NCBI GenBank assembly: GCA_049304035.1
Contig: JBAQNR010000007.1
Coordinates: 4,548 to 68,547, forward strand
Direction: 5' to 3'
Length of the DNA stretch: 64,000 nt
From: Microgenomates group bacterium
GTDB lineage: Bacteria; Patescibacteriota; Microgenomatia; UBA1406; GWC2-37-13
Translations under genes and position numbers: made by a program
The notes under the pieces: model-generated
Seen by the model: the letters and a program-made list of their open reading frames with translations, nothing else
Database searches by the model: none
Told to the model about the DNA's origin: nothing
Shown: piece by piece, positions 58,138 to 64,000 of the stretch
How positions within the stretch are numbered: position 1 is the first letter of the stretch
Layout of the letters: each line of letters begins with the position of its first letter

Positions 58138-58160
58138 AACATATAAAAAAGGATAAAAAA

Positions 58161-58751
58161 GTGAATAAAAAAACAAATACCACGAAGTCCGAATCGGACA
58201 ACGATAGAATTTTAAAGCAAAGAATTGCGGAACTGGAATTACAACTTGAAAACAAGGAAGCGTCTGGAGAGAATATTTCTATAGCCTCTGATTTCAATGT
58301 TCCAGTGATGTCTTTGTTTATGGGTAAATTGAATCTTTCAACTGAAGGATTTGGAAAAGGTCATAAATATTGGTGGTCTGAATTTGGACAAAAGAAAACA
58401 GTGCCATATTCTGACTTGGCTCAAATCATAAACGCGGAAGAAAGCCTTCTTGGAAAAGGATATTTTTATATTATGGATGAGCGTGTAATAAAGAAACACG
58501 GTCTTACTCAAACATATGAAAGCATCCTTGACAAAAAGAAATTAGAACAAGTATTCTCACTATCCCCGAATGCGGTTGAACTATATCAGTCCGCAAACCA
58601 ACCACAAAAAGATATTATGAACACATTCATAATTCAAAAAATCGTAAAAGACGAATCTATTGATTTAAACGTCGTGAATAAAATCTCAAAGGTTGCGGGT
58701 TTCGATTTGTTCTCAAAAGCACAGGAACTAAAAGAAAGACAAAATAAATAA
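58161..58751 (+). CDS. hypothetical protein (196 aa)
   Basis: GTG start after AAAAGGATAAAAAA. Confidence 0.55.
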   Translation: MNKKTNTTKSESDNDRILKQRIAELELQLENKEASGENISIASDFNVPVMSLFMGKLNLSTEGFGKGHKYWWSEFGQKKTVPYSDLAQIINAEESLLGKGYFYIMDERVIKKHGLTQTYESILDKKKLEQVFSLSPNAVELYQSANQPQKDIMNTFIIQKIVKDESIDLNVVNKISKVAGFDLFSKAQELKERQNK

Positions 58752-58765
58752 TAAAGGAGGTGTAA

Positions 58766-59236
58766 ATGCCTGAACCAACGGGAACTCCGTATTCGAGCAT
58801 CTTTGACCTCTTCATATCACAAATTGAAGATTATAGATTAATTGATTTATATCGAGATAATCCTGATAGCTTTACAACATATTTGACGGGATTTATGATA
58901 TTGGCAATACCTGAATTTTCAAATTGTACCCAAGACTTAAGTTTGAGAGATGATACGACACATTATTTTACAGATGTTATCACTGATGAAAACATAAAAA
59001 TACTCTCAAAGTTAATGGTCAAAGAGTGGCTATCAAAAGAAGTAAAAGATATAATGCAAATGAGATGGAATCTAACCGATTCCGATTTCAAACATTATTC
59101 AGAAGCACAAAATACAAAATCAAAACAAGATTTATTGTTGGAACTCAAAGAAGAATGTTCTCAAATGCTATCTGATTATGGAATGAAAAATAATGATTGG
59201 GCATCTTGGTTAACTGGAACCTTTTATGTACCATAA
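58766..59236 (+). CDS. hypothetical head-tail joining-region protein (156 aa)
   Basis: track ORF; AAAGGAGGTG SD; position. Confidence 0.55.
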   Translation: MPEPTGTPYSSIFDLFISQIEDYRLIDLYRDNPDSFTTYLTGFMILAIPEFSNCTQDLSLRDDTTHYFTDVITDENIKILSKLMVKEWLSKEVKDIMQMRWNLTDSDFKHYSEAQNTKSKQDLLLELKEECSQMLSDYGMKNNDWASWLTGTFYVP

Positions 59237-59248
59237 GGAGGTTTGACT

Positions 59249-60529
59249 ATGGCATACAAATATTTGGAGTCAAGCCTCCCTTTAAAAAAAAGTCCAAAAG
59301 AAACTTACACCAATCATTTTCAGCACATTCTAGACGCTGAATTTAAAAATTCTTCTGATTGGTATACGATTCAAGAAGAAACATATCAGGGCTCTGGAGA
59401 ATTTCAAAATGTAGACGTAAGAGTAACAAAAGCTATCGCCATGAAAACCAGTGGGAATGTTGGTGATGACTTTAAAATTCTATCGTTTCAAAGTATGGAG
59501 CATCAATCACCCCCTGGAACCATGTATTTTTTCGATGATAACTACTGGATAACGGTAAATAGCGAGGAAATAAAAAATCTTGCGGCTTCTTGTACCATTC
59601 GAAGATGCAACAATGTCTTGAGATGGAAAGACCCAACAACGGGGAGGGTCTACAATGAAAAATGTATAATTGATTATCTAATCAAGGAAACAAGAGACTA
59701 TAGCACCGCTGGTTCATCGTTGGTTCAACCATCTGGTTTTATTGAAGTGTTTTGTCAATCAAATGATAGAACAAATTTGATAAAACAAAATCAGAGGTTT
59801 CTATTTGGAAATACTAACAATTGGGTCTCATATAAGATTCAGGGCGGTGGTTTAAATAATTTTATTAACTTAAAAACACTTGACAACAATAGCAATGGAA
59901 TAATAAGATTGAGTATGCTTGTTGTTCAGGTCAACGCGGAACTTGACGATATTGTCAACGGAATAGCCGACTCTCTCGAGAGCGTTTATACTTTGACTCT
60001 TGACTACTCCACTTTGAGTTTGAACATTGGAGACGCTTTAACATTTACTCCAACCATCAAGAAGAATGATGAAACCATATCTTCAACTGTTTTGTGGACA
60101 TCAAGTGATACTAGATATGCCACAGTAAACAGTTCTGGCAAAGTGACCGCCATAGCAAACGGTATGGCATATATTACCGCAACGCTTGAAGATGCTCCAG
60201 AAGTAACTGCAACCTGCGATATTACTGTTTCAGCAACCCCGGTTAGCAATAAGAAAGTTGTTGTTTCTCCGAACGTAAACTATGTTTATGAAGGTGCAAC
60301 ACAAATATTCTCGTGCTATCTTTATATTGATGATACGGTTCAAGCAGATGCGTTTGTGTTCGAGATAGATGGTGCGGTTCCGCCCGGGAACTTTACTTTT
60401 ACTGTCATTGACGATAATCATTTTTCAATCAAAAATATTAAAAAATATTTAGATGAAAATCTTGTTGTGACATCAACATCTGGAACCAACGTAAAAACAT
60501 CCCCGATAACTTTGCTTGGAGGATGGTAA
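59249..60529 (+). CDS. structural protein with Big_2 Ig-like domain (426 aa)
   Basis: LTLDYSTLSLNIGDALTFTPT...WTSSDTRYATVNSSGKVTAIANGMAYITAT matches the Big_2 pattern; ATG 59249 with AAGGAGG SD. Confidence 0.6.
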   Translation: MAYKYLESSLPLKKSPKETYTNHFQHILDAEFKNSSDWYTIQEETYQGSGEFQNVDVRVTKAIAMKTSGNVGDDFKILSFQSMEHQSPPGTMYFFDDNYWITVNSEEIKNLAASCTIRRCNNVLRWKDPTTGRVYNEKCIIDYLIKETRDYSTAGSSLVQPSGFIEVFCQSNDRTNLIKQNQRFLFGNTNNWVSYKIQGGGLNNFINLKTLDNNSNGIIRLSMLVVQVNAELDDIVNGIADSLESVYTLTLDYSTLSLNIGDALTFTPTIKKNDETISSTVLWTSSDTRYATVNSSGKVTAIANGMAYITATLEDAPEVTATCDITVSATPVSNKKVVVSPNVNYVYEGATQIFSCYLYIDDTVQADAFVFEIDGAVPPGNFTFTVIDDNHFSIKNIKKYLDENLVVTSTSGTNVKTSPITLLGGW

Positions 60530-60530
60530 A

Positions 60531-61106
60531 ATGACAGATTTTAATAACAAGGGAATCAAAAACCCAGATGATAATTATGGATATTCACAGATAGAGGGAT
60601 TTGATGATTATTCATATAATATTATTTCGAAACTGATGACCGAGAATGAAGCAATTTGGAAGCTGTTAAAACACAACACCCCCGATGCGTGGAAAGAATC
60701 AAACCTAACAACGCAAGAAAAAAGAGATATGATATACGCCGGGCAACCCGATGAAACATTATATAATGTATTTACTGGAGACGGTCAAATTTCAGCGTGG
60801 GTAAAAGAGGTTTGTATTCTTAGAATCTTCCCTCTTTCATTATTTCCTCAGAATAGAACAGTAACAACTACCACAATTGCCCTAGATATATATTGCCACT
60901 ATAGAACATCAACTCTTTCAAACTATAAAAACAGGGTGGATGTTATAGTAAAAGAATTGATTCAATCTCTTAACGGAAAAGACATTGGGGTTGGACTTGG
61001 AAAAATATTCTTTAATGCTGTTGCAGCAAAAGAAAGCAGAATTTACGAGTCTGGTCAGATTCCATATAAGGGAAAAAGAATGGTAATGTCAACCTTACAA
61101 GGATAA
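60531..61106 (+). CDS. hypothetical structural protein (191 aa)
   Basis: track ORF trimmed to ATG 60531 (GGAGGATGG SD). Confidence 0.55.
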   Translation: MTDFNNKGIKNPDDNYGYSQIEGFDDYSYNIISKLMTENEAIWKLLKHNTPDAWKESNLTTQEKRDMIYAGQPDETLYNVFTGDGQISAWVKEVCILRIFPLSLFPQNRTVTTTTIALDIYCHYRTSTLSNYKNRVDVIVKELIQSLNGKDIGVGLGKIFFNAVAAKESRIYESGQIPYKGKRMVMSTLQG

Positions 61107-61107
61107 A

Positions 61108-61863
61108 ATGAAAACACCATATGAACTGGACTATATATTTGACGAGCCAGTAAAATATAAAACACTCAGGCTCCATCCGGTTAGGATGCGGGACTATTTT
61201 TATTTCTTTGGTGTTTCCGATATTCTTACTGTTGATAAAAACTCAATACCAGATATGAACATTATTTCAATGAGTTATTTGGATTATCTTATGGCTTATT
61301 CTAATGATGAAAATATCTATGTTCAGAAGGTTTTGGGTATTCTCAGTATTTGTACGAAAGAAGAAGATATTTCTGTGTACAAAACTGGAGAGAATAAATT
61401 TACATTGAACATAAAAAAGGAGACGTATACTCCAAATGATTTTGATGAAATCATAAAAATTATATGTGAACAAAATCTGGTTGAAGTTCCAGATTTTAGT
61501 ATTCAGAAAGAAATACGAGATAGAATGGAAGAGGGAAAAAGATTGAAGTCCAGAGAGAGTGGACATAAAATGGCTCCACTTGAAGACCAAATGGTGTCCT
61601 TAGCCATGGCGACAGGTGTTCCCATAGAGTCCATTTACAATATGACCTTTAGAAAATTCTCCAAGGCTCTCGAAAGAGTCGACTTGAGAATGCACTATGA
61701 GATATATTTATCGGCTAGTATGAGCGGATTCGTGTCTTTTAAGGATAAAAGTTTTATTAAGCATTGGCTTTCTGATACAGAAAAAGAAGATACTTCAATG
61801 ATTAACGTTCAATCATTGGAGAATAAAATTAGTTTTAAAGATAAAATGAATGGAGGAGAATAA
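61108..61863 (+). CDS. hypothetical structural protein (251 aa)
   Basis: track ORF; AAGGATAAA SD. Confidence 0.55.
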   Translation: MKTPYELDYIFDEPVKYKTLRLHPVRMRDYFYFFGVSDILTVDKNSIPDMNIISMSYLDYLMAYSNDENIYVQKVLGILSICTKEEDISVYKTGENKFTLNIKKETYTPNDFDEIIKIICEQNLVEVPDFSIQKEIRDRMEEGKRLKSRESGHKMAPLEDQMVSLAMATGVPIESIYNMTFRKFSKALERVDLRMHYEIYLSASMSGFVSFKDKSFIKHWLSDTEKEDTSMINVQSLENKISFKDKMNGGE

Positions 61864-61866
61864 AAC

Positions 61867-62892
61867 ATGACTAAAAAGTTTTTAGTTTCTACAGCAGATG
61901 TTTATGGATATGACTCAAGTTATAACCTAATTCTGTCTGGTAAGACCCTGCTCGATTCCTCAATTGAAACGACCCTCGGAAATACCGATGTTCGTGGTGG
62001 TCGAGGCAATCAGTTGCAGTATGTATATTATCATACTGCCGAAATGAATCTCAAGATTTCTGATGCACAATGGAATCTTGATTTTCTTGCCGCCAACGTT
62101 GGTCAGAGTAAGACTACTGGCGCAAATATTTTCCAAGAAGAGACAATCGTTCTCAATGCTGGAAAAGGTGGAAGCGTTACCGACACGCCTCTTGCTGTAT
62201 CTGGAACAACGGTTTATGGTTGGGTTACTCTTGCGAGTGGCGTTGTTGAACGTGTTACGTTCTCAACCAAGGCTTTCACAACCTCTGGTGGCGCAGAAAA
62301 CGAATCTGTTTGTGTTCGTTATTATGCCCTCGATTCTGCTGCAACATCGTTGACCATTCCTGCAAACGTTGTTCCTAGCGTTGTAAATCTGGTTCTCGTG
62401 GCTCAGTTGGCTTCAAGTGATTCCAGCACGAATATCATCGGTGAAGTTCAAATCAATGTTCCGAAGGCTGTTTTAAGTGGCGCATTTACGATTTCTTTAA
62501 CACCCGATGGTGTTGCTTCGACTCCCTTGAATGCCCGGGCTCTTGCCTCAAGCAATGTGGTTGGCTGCGCTGACACTCCCACATATGCTACAATCAAAGA
62601 AATCATCTATAACACCAATTGGTATGACAACGTTGTCGGTCTTTCAATTGTGGGTGGCGATTTCACTATCGCATCTGGAACAAGACAACTTACCGTATAT
62701 GCCATTCCTTCTAGCGGAGCGGCTTTTGTTCCTCCGGTTGCAGATTTGACATTCGCAAGTTCTGATGCAACAAAAGCAACCGTGAGTGCGGGTGGACTTG
62801 TAACATTCGTTGCAAGTGGAACCACAACCGTAAAGGCTTCGATTACTGCCGCAACTTCGATAGACGCAAACATCGTTGTGACTTGTTCGTAA
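61867..62892 (+). CDS. putative major tail protein with C-terminal Big_2 Ig-like domain (341 aa)
   Basis: C-terminus LTFASSDATKATVSAGGLVTFVASGTTTVKASI matches Big_2; GC-richer composition; position after the connector genes. Confidence 0.45.
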   Translation: MTKKFLVSTADVYGYDSSYNLILSGKTLLDSSIETTLGNTDVRGGRGNQLQYVYYHTAEMNLKISDAQWNLDFLAANVGQSKTTGANIFQEETIVLNAGKGGSVTDTPLAVSGTTVYGWVTLASGVVERVTFSTKAFTTSGGAENESVCVRYYALDSAATSLTIPANVVPSVVNLVLVAQLASSDSSTNIIGEVQINVPKAVLSGAFTISLTPDGVASTPLNARALASSNVVGCADTPTYATIKEIIYNTNWYDNVVGLSIVGGDFTIASGTRQLTVYAIPSSGAAFVPPVADLTFASSDATKATVSAGGLVTFVASGTTTVKASITAATSIDANIVVTCS

Positions 62893-62908
62893 CATAGAAC
62901 AATCTTTT

Positions 62909-62939
62909 TTTGTGGGGTAGATAAGCTCTACCCCACAAA
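62909..62939. terminator. strong hairpin (terminator candidate)
   Basis: perfect 13-bp stem 62909-62921/62927-62939, flanked by T-run/A-run. Confidence 0.5.
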
Positions 62940-62960
62940 ATTATAAAGGAGAATAACAAA

Positions 62961-63182
62961 ATGAAATTGAAAAAACTTCTCAAGATAGTTCTTGTTGCCC
63001 CCTCATATATTATCGTAGATGACAACGGAAACAATGTCAGCATCCATACAAATACAGATAATAAAAAAATTGGCGATTTTTTCGAGGTTGAATACGAAAT
63101 AGAAGACAAGAAACCAAGTAAGACTTCCTATAAGCGTGAAGAAAAACAATCATTCTTAAAGGAAGAAAATAATGAAGAATAA
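62961..63182 (+). CDS. hypothetical protein (73 aa)
   Basis: track ORF; AAAGGAGAATAAC SD. Confidence 0.6.
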   Translation: MKLKKLLKIVLVAPSYIIVDDNGNNVSIHTNTDNKKIGDFFEVEYEIEDKKPSKTSYKREEKQSFLKEENNEE

Positions 63183-63214
63183 TATCATCCCAAAAATAAG
63201 GCGGAAAAACCGAT

Positions 63215-63496
63215 ATGGTCAGCGAGGAACCTAATACAACTCAGAGAAGACAGCAGGATGAAAATCGCCAAAGTCTTCATGAGGAATTATATTTACAAAA
63301 AGGTTATTCCAAAGCAGAGGTTGAGATTCTTTTGAAACTTGAAAGAATGGAAACAAAGATGGAATCTTTTGAGGAAGCAAAAAAATCCTACATCAGAAGA
63401 GAAGAATTTGAGCCAATCAAACAGATTGTTTATGGAATGGTGGGTATAATTCTAATTGGGTTCATCGGAGCCGTAATAGCTTTGGTAATAAGGTAA
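63215..63496 (+). CDS. C-terminally membrane-anchored protein (93 aa)
   Basis: track ORF; C-terminal TM helix. Confidence 0.5.
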   Translation: MVSEEPNTTQRRQQDENRQSLHEELYLQKGYSKAEVEILLKLERMETKMESFEEAKKSYIRREEFEPIKQIVYGMVGIILIGFIGAVIALVIR

Positions 63497-63504
63497 TAAA
63501 AAAT

Positions 63505-63999
63505 ATGAAAAATCAAAAAAGAAGAAAAACTGATTTCGATGATGAAAAGTTATCAAAAAAGATAAAAGTTGAGAAAACATTAAATAAAATCCTGATAGGA
63601 ATTCTTGTTTTGATTGCAATGAGCATGGGTGCGGGAATGTACTTGTATCTTTTTGATATGAACCCTCCCTTAATAATTCACAACAACCCTATTCCAACAG
63701 ATAAGTCAACCTATCATTTGGGAGAGGACATATATGTTACCTTCGATTACTGTCGATATACAGATGCACCAGTTGAAAGATATATTTCGTTTATTGATGG
63801 AATGACTTTTCAACTTCCACCAGTGTATTCGGCGGGAGGAGAGATAGGTTGCAACATAAACAAAACAAAAATAGCAACTGTACCGTTATCTTTGCCAACT
63901 GGAATATATCATCTACGCGGAAAAAGCGAATACGATGTGAATTTCTTGGCTACAAGATACGTCACTTGGGAATCCGAGGAGTTCCAAGTGGTAAAATAG
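63505..63999 (+). CDS. N-terminally membrane-anchored protein (164 aa)
   Basis: track ORF; basic N-terminus then a TM helix. Confidence 0.5.
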   Translation: MKNQKRRKTDFDDEKLSKKIKVEKTLNKILIGILVLIAMSMGAGMYLYLFDMNPPLIIHNNPIPTDKSTYHLGEDIYVTFDYCRYTDAPVERYISFIDGMTFQLPPVYSAGGEIGCNINKTKIATVPLSLPTGIYHLRGKSEYDVNFLATRYVTWESEEFQVVK

Positions 64000-64000
64000 C

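Larger units (their letters stand above)
56960..58140 (+). mobile_element. free-standing homing-endonuclease cassette (own promoter, leader terminator, HNH ORF)
   Basis: self-contained unit inserted between the capsid gene and the connector genes. Confidence 0.35.

Overview
The window reads as part of an AT-rich, tailed dsDNA phage or prophage genome. SD-type ribosome-binding sites (GGAG) are used throughout, and TTG/GTG starts occur, which suggests a low-GC Gram-positive-type host (inference). No homology search was possible, so all product calls rest on motifs read from the translations, gene order and signals seen in the DNA.

Layout:
1. 1-26292 is one long leftward (minus-strand) array of about 95 tightly packed, often translationally coupled small ORFs, typical of an early or accessory region. 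The few I can recognise look like host-takeover or counter-defence functions: an ArdA-like acidic protein, an HD/SpoT-type small alarmone hydrolase, a radical SAM enzyme with a coupled 34-aa ORF, a NADAR-like protein, a GNAT, a CxxCxxCC protein, and a non-canonical tRNA-like element.
2. 26293-28824 is a ~2.5 kb extremely AT-rich, nearly gene-free control region. It holds four exact-phase 22-bp iterons, several perfect palindromes, and one GC-richer orphan gene with its own strong terminator.
3. 28825-30611 is a leftward SF2 helicase operon. It is driven from a back-to-back pair of consensus extended -10 promoters at 30720-30820.
4. From 30854 to the end is a rightward array. It encodes a papain-like peptidase, a YonO/RdRP-like two-barrel single-subunit RNA polymerase, an HU-like protein, a metallophosphoesterase-like protein, terminase, PhoH, a GH25 endolysin with a separate SH3-like protein, and a GC-richer tail-fibre/esterase module. 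It continues with portal, a ferritin-like protein, scaffold, major capsid, a free-standing HNH endonuclease, and connector and tail proteins with Ig-like domains.

The most unusual signals lie outside the ORFs. Twelve stem-loops have conserved flanks but variable stem sequences and are fused to extended -10 promoters (analogous to T4 PeSL cassettes). Every non-Watson-Crick stem position in these hairpins and in three minus-strand terminator hairpins (the 26326-26387 repeat is the one exception) is a G.U only on the transcribed strand. Separately, more than 30 copies of an AT palindrome (T[GA]AATAAAA-N5-8-TTTTAT[CT][AC]A) sit at stop-codon/RBS junctions on both transcription arms.
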